From the NCBI GenBank assembly GCA_048886185.1, contig JBHLKY010000039.1, forward strand, positions 1 through 24,473: a stretch of DNA of 24,473 nucleotides. The letters are read 5' to 3'. Source of the DNA: Candidatus Hermodarchaeota archaeon. Its GTDB lineage: Archaea > Asgardarchaeota > Heimdallarchaeia > Hodarchaeales > Hodarchaeaceae. Of the stretch, positions 16,597-24,473 are shown piece by piece; the first letter of the stretch is position 1; every line of letters begins with the position of its first letter. A model generated the notes under the pieces. It had not been told where the DNA came from, ran no database searches, and worked only from the letters and a program-made list of their open reading frames with translations. Both the position numbers and the translations under genes were made by a program.

Positions 16597-19491
16597 TTAG
16601 GGGAACCCTGGGGACCATTTATATACATATAAGCTTTCAGTGTGTTGTGAATATAAGTGTGAACCTAATTTGTCATAAATACTCCAGCGAACATAGCAAA
16701 CGCCATTTTGAAGCGGTATAAAGAGAGCTTCTGTAATAGTTTTCGTTCCAGAAGAACTCCATGACATAGATTTCTTGTTATAGATGTTATCAATTGTCCA
16801 TGTATTATCGCCTGGCCGTTTGTATTCTATCGATATTTTATATGTGCCTGATGTCCGAAGATAAAGTTTCATGACAGACCAAACAATATCATCGTTATCT
16901 TGATAGATATAACTACCTGAATGGACGTACGCTGGTTTATCCATTGTTAGATACTTTGTTTCAGTATCAATCAATATGCCTCTAACATGAACAGACCACA
17001 CAACTGTGTACATATAACCAAATTTAGCACTGCTGTAGAGAAGATCATAGAGATGATTTAGCCCTATATCATATGAATGAGCTTCATGATCTCTTCTATA
17101 CCACCAAGAGCCACCTGATTCACGCCACATGATAGAAAATTCATATGTCCCTGAAGTACCAATATCAAACCAGAAATAGGACTTCAAATCCTGTGAATTC
17201 CAGTCATCATCGTACCCTTGACTAAGGTAGGCATCTGAACTAATTGAAGCACTAGGAATCGCAGCAATATATTGCTTAGAAAGAGAATCAATCAATAGGG
17301 GATCATCCATTGACGGAGCAGTAAAGATATACCAAGTTACCTCTATTGTATCAAAACGATTATATTCCGTGAAAAGAATTATATCAGTAATACTTTTCAA
17401 ACCAGTAGAAAAATAAGTTCTATCAGAATCAAATACTACAATTGAGCTGTGCCAGACAGAAGACCCATAATCTTTCGTCCTATATTCGATAACTATCTGA
17501 TAGTATCCTGCTGTGTAGATAGTAAAATCCATTGTGGTACAAGCTATTTCACCTGAAGAGTAAATTAAGCTACTTGCTTCGACCATTGCAGAAGGTAAGT
17601 TATTATATGGTATATCAGAGCCAAAATCAAGTATTACTGCCCCAGTCCATATATACCATTCAACTTCAACCATACAAAATTCATCATCTTCAATTGTTGC
17701 CCACACAGCATCTACTCTCTCATATGAACCAGGTTCATACCAATCAATCTCATCTACTTGAGTAATCCAACCATTAGGATCAGGATTAGAGCCAAAAGGT
17801 GTATGACGTACCCTAATTTCGATTCGAAGACCTCCTTCTACGTTGACATCAAATACCAGATCAGTCCAAAGTATCTCTCCTTTTAGTGGAGAATTTGGTG
17901 TGAAATAAATATAACTCGCAGCAACATCAAAAATTCCAGAACCCCAATCTGGAGATAAAGGGTTACGATTTTTTTGCCATTCTCCTAGATTTGACAACGT
18001 ATCTCCATCAGGGTCTTCATTTGCATCATTGATAAGCGGATTGAGATAATATGCTATTTCCCAACCATCAGGCATCCCATCATCATCTGTATCATTATTG
18101 TAAGGTAAGGTGTCATATATCAACTCTTCTGCATTAGTTAAACCATCGTCATCTGGATCGTTTGCCATACCCCAATCTCGATTAACCAAGATTGTTTCAT
18201 AATTATGATCATCCCAATCAGGTCTGTCATTGCCAATGATGTAACAATCTAGATAGTCCATAAGAGAATAAATTATAGGATAATCTGAATCGTTTGCCAA
18301 AAAGTAATAATAAGGAGGATGATGAGGATTAGAAGCCTCGGAATACCAATCAATTTCAACATTTCCGTTTGCATCATGCATTTTTTCTATAATGTCTCCA
18401 TTTTGATTTCTAAATGAAAATATGTGTGAAAATTCATGCAATAAAACATCTCTGCAGCCTACAATGTTCCAAGGCACAACTGGAGCGCTCCATGGATGGA
18501 GAAATGAGGCTGCAATAGCATAATACCCATCATAGAAAGAACTGTCACCTGCTGCGATTCTATCCGTTAAATAAATTAATAAAATATCATATTTATTCTG
18601 TGTAGAATCGTTTTTATTCCAAATACGTCCATAAGCATCCTGCATTACGTCATGATGAGATGTAAAATCAGTTGGAAATTCAGAAACCTCTATTACATCA
18701 AACTCAATATCAAAATTTGTTTCAAAAATATCTAAACTTGTCTCTACAAATTCTTCAAGATTAATAGCCCAATCATCACCCCAGTCAAAACCTCCTTCAT
18801 ACCAAGGGTCTTTTAGAAAATCAACAAGACCATCTGTTGCAGCAATTTTTACAGTGTAGTACGCTAAGGTAAACCTGTCTCGTGGAACGGCTTTTCGTTG
18901 AACATAGAGAGGATCATTATAGAAATTTTGAAAATAGTAATTTTGATAATAAGGGATTGCTCTAGAAATAAGTTGGGAAAACATAATTATATCCATAGCA
19001 GCAACATATGAATCTATTAGTTTGGGATAACCAATAGCTATTTTTGTACAATAAAAATTGATATTTGCTGAATAACAAGCAGCGGTGAAAAGGCATTCGA
19101 TCGTCGATTTCTCATAATACGAACTGATGGCTTTCCAAGACCAAATAGCGTTCTTTAATTTTAGTCCAGAAGGGGTACCATGGCCAATTATCACAACATA
19201 TACCCCAGAGAATGAATCAACAGATTTTTGAATCTCAGTCCTGGATGTTTTATATTGTATTAACCAATGTTGATTCTTAGTATTTATTTGCCCTGATATT
19301 TCCTGTACAACATCTAATGTGGCTTTATTTATTTCAGTAACAATAATTAATCCATTAGTTTCTTTAGATTCCAAATTTTGTCTAATTAAAGAATCTGGTG
19401 AACTAATTGAAGTTAATTGAACAGTTATTATAAAAAATAATATTCCACAAAGAAATATTAGTTTGAGTCTTGATCTATACTTTTTAAACAC
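16597..19491 (-). CDS. Large exported multidomain protein: clan-CD-like His/Cys domain, zincin metallopeptidase, TSP3-like Ca-binding repeats, four beta-sandwich-like repeats
   Basis: GTG start with AAGGAGG SD and an N-terminal signal/TM. GHG (H104) and ACYS (C139); HEFSH (aa 352-356) with a later His and SLMDY Met-turn; DPDDDGL/DTDDDGM/DPDGDTL repeats; four ~100-aa repeats with a TSGTY.I.I.YR...W consensus. Confidence 0.8.
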   Translation of the reverse strand: MFKKYRSRLKLIFLCGILFFIITVQLTSISSPDSLIRQNLESKETNGLIIVTEINKATLDVVQEISGQINTKNQHWLIQYKTSRTEIQKSVDSFSGVYVVIIGHGTPSGLKLKNAIWSWKAISSYYEKSTIECLFTAACYSANINFYCTKIAIGYPKLIDSYVAAMDIIMFSQLISRAIPYYQNYYFQNFYNDPLYVQRKAVPRDRFTLAYYTVKIAATDGLVDFLKDPWYEGGFDWGDDWAINLEEFVETSLDIFETNFDIEFDVIEVSEFPTDFTSHHDVMQDAYGRIWNKNDSTQNKYDILLIYLTDRIAAGDSSFYDGYYAIAASFLHPWSAPVVPWNIVGCRDVLLHEFSHIFSFRNQNGDIIEKMHDANGNVEIDWYSEASNPHHPPYYYFLANDSDYPIIYSLMDYLDCYIIGNDRPDWDDHNYETILVNRDWGMANDPDDDGLTNAEELIYDTLPYNNDTDDDGMPDGWEIAYYLNPLINDANEDPDGDTLSNLGEWQKNRNPLSPDWGSGIFDVAASYIYFTPNSPLKGEILWTDLVFDVNVEGGLRIEIRVRHTPFGSNPDPNGWITQVDEIDWYEPGSYERVDAVWATIEDDEFCMVEVEWYIWTGAVILDFGSDIPYNNLPSAMVEASSLIYSSGEIACTTMDFTIYTAGYYQIVIEYRTKDYGSSVWHSSIVVFDSDRTYFSTGLKSITDIILFTEYNRFDTIEVTWYIFTAPSMDDPLLIDSLSKQYIAAIPSASISSDAYLSQGYDDDWNSQDLKSYFWFDIGTSGTYEFSIMWRESGGSWWYRRDHEAHSYDIGLNHLYDLLYSSAKFGYMYTVVWSVHVRGILIDTETKYLTMDKPAYVHSGSYIYQDNDDIVWSVMKLYLRTSGTYKISIEYKRPGDNTWTIDNIYNKKSMSWSSSGTKTITEALFIPLQNGVCYVRWSIYDKLGSHLYSQHTESLYVYKWSPGFP

Positions 19492-19851
19492 ATTAAATTC
19501 CTCCTTATTTACTTTTTATACTATTCTCTACCCTTTCAATAAGGATATCAAACAACATTAACCTTTTTTAAATCAGAAAGGAATAGGATTCTAAAAAATA
19601 AACCTCAGAGGGATCATTGAAAATGATAATTTGTATCTTTCTCGCATCTACTATCATCTTTTCTCAATGTAACCTCTGATTCTCCTCTTTAGAATAGTGT
19701 ACAATAGAAAATTCTAATATATAAAACTTTACGTAATTATGATGATTGGAAAAAATAGGATAGTATAGACAACTATGAACATTCTAAACCCGCAAAATAG
19801 ACATTAATATAATTTATTCATATTTTATAGATTAACTACTAATTTTAAGAA

Positions 19852-19989
19852 ATGAGAGGCCCTGATGGAATTCCTGATGTGGTCCAATCACTCCGTAACA
19901 CAAATGCCTATCTTATTACAATGATATGGGGAATACTTTGCATATCTGTTATAGAAGTACTATGTGTCTATGGTATAAGTCTGTTATGA
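19852..19989 (+). pseudogene. Orphan paralogous copy of the C-terminal anchor of the 14980 protein (45-aa mini-ORF)
   Basis: MRGPDGIPDVVQSLRNTNAYLITMIWGILCISVIEVLCVYGISLL* aligns gap-free with LRGADGIPDMAQPLPGLNAYLFTLVCGILFFPVAEAIRYYGKRLI, 22/45 identical. Confidence 0.8.
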
Positions 19990-20544
19990 CAGTTAAAGCA
20001 TAGATAGGTTTCATTCCATCTAAGTTAAATAAGTCAAGAATTTGACTTTTATTCATTTGATCCTCTATGTCGTTCAACCAACGATATATACCTTAGTTTA
20101 TACTTTTCTTGTCTAAATGTGCGATAGACGGAGTTCGAATTATTTATATTCGACCTTTTAAAAAAAATCGCATTACAAACCTATTATTCGGAGAATAAGT
20201 AATATCCTTATCATGGATTGCATAATCCTTCTCCCAAGCAATAATCCTTTTCAATTCTGCTTCTCTCAGAGTTCCACTGTCCATTTGTCCATCTAATTTA
20301 TAGTTGCTATTTTTCAACTAAGGAATTGATAAAAAGAATCTTGGAAAGAAAAGAAAAAACACACGATCAATAATCTATGGAAAGTGTATGAAAAAACACC
20401 ATTAGACTTAATACAAACAAAGTGTGTAGACCATCTATCATTGGTAATGAGTTTAGTCTTGTGGAGGAATCAACCTGGGAAGTAAAAATGGATTTTAGAA
20501 TTCTTTTCTATAAAGACGAATTAACAAAGGAGAAGGAATTTAGA

Positions 20545-21741
20545 TTGAAAAAGAAAAAAGTAGCAAATAAATTCTTGATTCCTTCAATTCTTCTACTAAT
20601 AATACTTAGTACAGTTATCGTTATGAATATTTTTAATAAATCGGATTTTAAATGGGATCATATTTACGGTGGTCAATCAAAATACGCTATAAACGATATC
20701 ATTCAATCTAAAGATGGAAATTTTGTAATTATCGGGACTAAGAATTATGGTTCAAGTGCAGCAAAGATTTGGTTGATAAAAGTAAACACTGAAGGCCAAC
20801 CATTGTGGAATAAATTATTAACAGACGAATATAACTCAACAGCAGAAGGAAGTTCAATTACAGAATGTCCTGAAGGGGGATTTATAATAACTGGGGAATT
20901 TTATAATGAATCAATAAGAAAATGGCAAATCTTACTCTTTAGAGTTTCAGAAGATGGAACTGTTTTGTGGAGTAAAGGTTTAATCAATGATATCCAAGAT
21001 GAAAGGCCATACAACATCATTCAATCTAGTGACGGTGGATTCGTTATTACTGGTTCCATTGATAATGATAGTTATCATAGAGATTGTCTGGTCACAAAAA
21101 TCGACTCCGCTGGTAATAGAGTTTGGAATTGTAGCTTTGGGGGATATTCGACTGATATTGCTTACAGAATTGTAGAAATAGTCACAGATCAATTTGTAGT
21201 AGCAGGTCGAACACGTTTTCTTCCAGGTAAGGGGAATACCAACATGTATCTAGTTAAATTAAACAGTAGTGGAGTAATTTGGGAAAAAACCATTGGTGGA
21301 GGTTTATATACAAAAGCTTTCGACTTAATAAAGACATCTGATGGAGGATTAGTTTTGGCTGGATCTTCACGAGAAAGCTATGAAGATGACCAACAGTTTG
21401 CTGTGGTTAAAGTAAATAGAGAAGGAGAAACTGAATGGAGTAAAGTTTATGATTTCAAGGGAATTGGTTTATGTATAATTCAGTCCAAGGATGGAAACTT
21501 GGTAATAACTGGACAATCAATTGATAATACCTCACTTGGGGGAGCAGTGTTAGTTCTTAAAACAGACATGAATGGAAATATAATCGATTATCACCATTAT
21601 GGTAGAGAAGAACATAGGGAAAGAGTAACAGCTATTATCCAAGCTACCACGGAATACATAATAATCGTAGGTTATGGTGAAATAGGTGGAGATTGGAAAC
21701 CACTAATAATTGAGTCATGGTTTCACAAAATCTCGATTTAA
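20545..21741 (+). CDS. Secreted/membrane-anchored beta-propeller repeat protein
   Basis: Repeats of Q(S/T)xDGG(F/L)V(I/L)xG...(K/R)(V/I)(D/N)xxG...W. The TTG at 20545 follows an AAGGA SD and gives a classic signal peptide (MKKKKVANKFLIPSILLLIIL). The ORF track starts at 20422. Confidence 0.8.
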   Translation: MKKKKVANKFLIPSILLLIILSTVIVMNIFNKSDFKWDHIYGGQSKYAINDIIQSKDGNFVIIGTKNYGSSAAKIWLIKVNTEGQPLWNKLLTDEYNSTAEGSSITECPEGGFIITGEFYNESIRKWQILLFRVSEDGTVLWSKGLINDIQDERPYNIIQSSDGGFVITGSIDNDSYHRDCLVTKIDSAGNRVWNCSFGGYSTDIAYRIVEIVTDQFVVAGRTRFLPGKGNTNMYLVKLNSSGVIWEKTIGGGLYTKAFDLIKTSDGGLVLAGSSRESYEDDQQFAVVKVNREGETEWSKVYDFKGIGLCIIQSKDGNLVITGQSIDNTSLGGAVLVLKTDMNGNIIDYHHYGREEHRERVTAIIQATTEYIIIVGYGEIGGDWKPLIIESWFHKISI

Positions 21742-21742
21742 A

Positions 21743-21749
21743 TTTTTTT
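21743..21749 (+). terminator. Archaeal-type oligo-T terminator candidate
   Basis: T7 tract directly after the stop codon of the beta-propeller gene, between convergent genes. Confidence 0.4.
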
Positions 21750-21788
21750 CTTAATCTAACCTTCTAGCTTAAACCGACCCCCTACTAT

Positions 21789-22733
21789 CTAGAGAGCATT
21801 AGAATAATCATCGATATCAATAACCTTCCATTCTTGTTCAGTCGAGTGCGCTAGTTTTCCTTCAAAGCATAACTTTTGGAGGAATGCATAAACAGTATGC
21901 CATTCTGCATGAATCCCGAAACCCAATTCCTCTTCATCTCTATCGAGTTGGAAACGCTCAACTAGTCTATTTCGTACCTTGGGTAGGGTTAAACCGTCTT
22001 CCGCACTAATGATCTGAATCATCTCTGATTCAATCTTTTCAAATCTCTCAATGTGCTTTAGAATGTCTTTCTTTGAGTCCAATTTCTCACGTATAGGTCC
22101 ATGTCCAGGTAGAAACAAATCTATTCTTTCGTTTGATAAACGATGTAGACTCTCCATATGGTACCTAGCATCAACGATAAATCCTAACCATTCTGGAAAC
22201 CACTCAACTGGTGTTGTTACATCTCCAGTGATAATCGATTTTGACTCCTTTTCATACAAACAAATGCTACCCAAGCTGTGTCCAGGAGTGTGAATGATCT
22301 CCAACTCTGTGGTGCCTACTCTTAATATATCTCTATCATATAGCATTATGTCGACCTTACTACCGCATCCCCCTACCATTTCTATGAAATCCGCATACTG
22401 TTCCTCGGTTGGTGTAGCATAATGATAGAGAACGGAGAATATGGACCATGGGTCTTCAATGAAACATTTGTCTGAAAAATGGGCAGCGGTGCGTGCTGAG
22501 GTTCTTTCCTTTATTTTCGGACATGCACCTACATGGTCCGGATGTCCATGGGTGAGAATAACCATTTTCAATTGACTTAGGTTCACAATTTCCTGTATTG
22601 CTGCCAATATCCTGTCTGCCTCTGGTCCTACATGGGCATCTATCAGTGCAGCTTCTCCATTGTCGACTACAAGGTACAAGTTAGTATCAGCTTCGTCAAA
22701 ACGTAGTAAGTGAATCTTATCCGTGAGTTGCAT
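21789..22733 (-). CDS. MBL-fold metallo-hydrolase with C-terminal extension
   Basis: THGHPDH (HxHxDH), HTPGH, TGD and PGHG motifs. The ATG at 22733 is preceded by an AGGAGA SD. The ORF track starts at 22751. Confidence 0.93.
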   Translation of the reverse strand: MQLTDKIHLLRFDEADTNLYLVVDNGEAALIDAHVGPEADRILAAIQEIVNLSQLKMVILTHGHPDHVGACPKIKERTSARTAAHFSDKCFIEDPWSIFSVLYHYATPTEEQYADFIEMVGGCGSKVDIMLYDRDILRVGTTELEIIHTPGHSLGSICLYEKESKSIITGDVTTPVEWFPEWLGFIVDARYHMESLHRLSNERIDLFLPGHGPIREKLDSKKDILKHIERFEKIESEMIQIISAEDGLTLPKVRNRLVERFQLDRDEEELGFGIHAEWHTVYAFLQKLCFEGKLAHSTEQEWKVIDIDDYSNAL

Positions 22734-22865
22734 AACGCTATCTCCTGACAATCCTATTTACCTCAATCCTCAAATGATTATGTATGTCTTTTCTTTTTGT
22801 ATCTCTTCTCGAAATTGCGCTGAAATTTACTGTAATTTTTCGCTTAATCCATGTTAGATTAATAA

Positions 22866-22885
22866 TTATATAACGTTTTATATAA
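22866..22885. promoter_or_regulatory. Twin palindromic TATA-like elements in a divergent intergenic region
   Basis: TTATATAA at 22866-22873 and 22878-22885, between the divergent MBL and ATC-hydrolase-like genes. Confidence 0.4.
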
Positions 22886-22925
22886 AAGCTTTAACCTACC
22901 CAACGTTTAATGACAATTTTTACGT

Positions 22926-22971
22926 ATTTCTTAAGACTCTTGAGTTTAGAATTTCTTAAGACTCATGAGTT
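22926..22971 (+). repeat. Tandem 21-bp direct repeat with internal palindromes
   Basis: ATTTCTTAAGACTCTTGAGTT (22926) and ATTTCTTAAGACTCATGAGTT (22951), 20/21 identical, 25-bp period. Confidence 0.9.
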
Positions 22972-23093
22972 CCTTTACAAATTATGACCTTAGTCGAGAT
23001 TCAGTAAAAGAAAGCGTTCCAGAATTCCTCCATTACCAGGATTATCTTCGTGAGGTCAAGTCTCTTGCGCAGGAGCATGTGAAAGACGGATAG
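22965..23093 (+). pseudogene. Possible relic of a TPR-family C-terminal tail (42-aa mini-ORF)
   Basis: MSSFTNYDLSRDSVKESVPEFLHYQDYLREVKSLAQEHVKDG* resembles the TPR ends FRDYLQEALDLVKQQ (3968 gene) and LDYAKKARQLVK (105 gene). Confidence 0.35.
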
Positions 23094-23171
23094 GGTAGAA
23101 TTATAACAAACCATAAAGTTGTAAAAAAGAAGTCTTCTTTTGTTAAAAAATCAGAACCTAGAGGGTGAGTT

Positions 23172-24008
23172 ATGAAGATTATTAAGAAAAAAGTCTACAA
23201 TCACTCAAAAACCATGAAAATAAGCTATTTTGATATTTTAAAAGATGAATGGCATTTCCTCAATGAGATTATAAATAGAGTAAACATTGATTTCAAATCA
23301 AAGTTCCCAATCTATCTTGAAAGCATAAAGAAGAGTCTGAAACAATATATAGACAGAGAATACGAGTCTGTGGATACTGATACTTTACTATCGACCAATA
23401 AAATGTTAAAAGACCATCTAGAGATAGCCCGAGTTTCAAAAGACGCTATTCTCTCATTAGCAGAATGTCAAGAAACCTCTGAAGAAAAATTTAGTGAAGC
23501 CAAAGATTTGCATATTATTCCATTTTTAAGGAGTTTAGCATTTGGTAGATATGAGAGCGTAAAAGCATTGACAGCAATCCTCCCCAGAAATGAGGCTTTA
23601 CACTATGCTAAGAAAATTGTTGATCAAATTATTAGTACTGATGTCTCTGCAAAGATAGGTGATCCTATAGTAATGGAGGACATTGAGAAATACTTGGTCG
23701 GTTGGACAGAAGATTATGACGGAGAAATCTTTACTGCCTACATTTTGAATGAAAAGCAAGCTGGAGCTAAAATGTATAAATGTTGGGCTTCCGAAGTTTT
23801 GAAAGACGTGGAAGACAAAGAATTCCTCTATATAGTGACCTGTAACACTGATATACCATTTTTCCCAGCTAAATACCAAAATCTACGTCTCACACGGACA
23901 AAGACACTACTTGAGGGTGATCCTTATTGTGATTTCTGTTTTCATGATACTCGTTATGCTCCCGATACTCCCCATCCTGATGAAAAATTCTGGGAAGGTC
24001 TTGAATAG
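23172..24008 (+). CDS. L-2-amino-thiazoline-4-carboxylic acid hydrolase (ATC_hydrolase)-family / H-NOX-like protein
   Basis: C-terminal KCWASEV...VTCNTD...LRLTRTKTLLEGDPYCDFCF is the family signature. GGTGA SD upstream. Confidence 0.8.
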   Translation: MKIIKKKVYNHSKTMKISYFDILKDEWHFLNEIINRVNIDFKSKFPIYLESIKKSLKQYIDREYESVDTDTLLSTNKMLKDHLEIARVSKDAILSLAECQETSEEKFSEAKDLHIIPFLRSLAFGRYESVKALTAILPRNEALHYAKKIVDQIISTDVSAKIGDPIVMEDIEKYLVGWTEDYDGEIFTAYILNEKQAGAKMYKCWASEVLKDVEDKEFLYIVTCNTDIPFFPAKYQNLRLTRTKTLLEGDPYCDFCFHDTRYAPDTPHPDEKFWEGLE

Positions 24009-24232
24009 AAAATTCCATCTGCTATAAACACTCTTGCATCTTATACACCTTATATTATTAAAAGAGTTTTTTCCTGAAGATAGGAATGTTTTATGTTACA
24101 GTTTCTCCCGCTGAAGTAATTTTGTAAGGTACCAAACAATAAGTACAGAATTAATACCTCTGGATTATCTTTTTTTTAACCATGGAAAATATCAAAATCT
24201 GTACTCAAATAACAAGAGGTAGGTAATCCCAA

Positions 24233-24394
24233 ATGATGAAACTCATTACAGTACATTTATTGAAAACACAAGTGTCAGGTTTAGACGAGCTAGTACGTAG
24301 CGGAAAGTATACTAATCGGGGCGAGGCTATCCGATATGCCATTCATGACATGTTGAAAGATGAACAGAGGAGACAACAAATGAAGGTACATTAA
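24233..24394 (+). CDS. Ribbon-helix-helix (CopG/Arc/MetJ) transcriptional regulator, 53 aa
   Basis: Hand translation gives MMKLITVHLLKTQVSGLDELVRSGKYTNRGEAIRYAIHDMLKDEQRRQQMKVH*, with a GAGGT SD upstream. It is below the ORF-track length cutoff. Confidence 0.88.
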   Translation: MMKLITVHLLKTQVSGLDELVRSGKYTNRGEAIRYAIHDMLKDEQRRQQMKVH

Positions 24395-24473
24395 CAGTTG
24401 AATCTGGTACGAAAGAGAAAAGAGGAATTCATTAACTTATCCTGGGTTAAAGTACATTATACATATCAATATA

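Noticed and set aside
20144-20317. 57-aa minus-strand ORF (..IIAWEKDYAIHDKDITYSPNNRF..) faintly like a WD40 blade
   Set aside because: Single short match that could be chance; no second repeat.
146-23879. Short track ORFs overlapping longer genes (e.g. 146-352, 3008-3319, 3877-4125, 4879-5064, 5086-5292, 5885-6139, 6956-7165, 7219-7503, 10527-11285 set, 12164-12355, 12605-12847, 13793-14276, 17532-17765, 20980-21192, 22051-22293, 23598-23879)
   Set aside because: Antisense or alternate-frame shadows of motif-supported genes, with no motifs of their own.

Overview
AT-rich archaeal-type window. It is most likely from an Asgard archaeon (Heimdall/Loki-like); this is inferred from the TPR family C-terminal module, SD motifs such as GGAGG/GGTGA, TATA-like boxes and an archaeal RHH gene, not from a database search. 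It reads as an accessory, plastic region. Intact genes: three paralogous TPR proteins, a winged-helix plus RING-like Zn-finger protein, a class C beta-lactamase-fold serine hydrolase, a lysophospholipase-type alpha/beta hydrolase, a reductive dehalogenase, a membrane-anchored exported protein, a large surface protein with two peptidase-like domains, a beta-propeller protein, an MBL-fold hydrolase, an ATC-hydrolase-family protein and a small RHH regulator. The standout is a cobalamin/2x[4Fe-4S] reductive dehalogenase (RdhA) with an N-terminal SCP2 lipid-binding domain in place of the Tat signal. It lies co-oriented with two ester/lipid hydrolases and a truncated MarR-type gene, inside an ~8.1 kb segment bracketed by a 41-bp direct repeat (39/41 identical). 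Several gene relics missed by the ORF track were found by hand translation. No rRNA, tRNA, CRISPR array or intact transposase/integrase was recognised.
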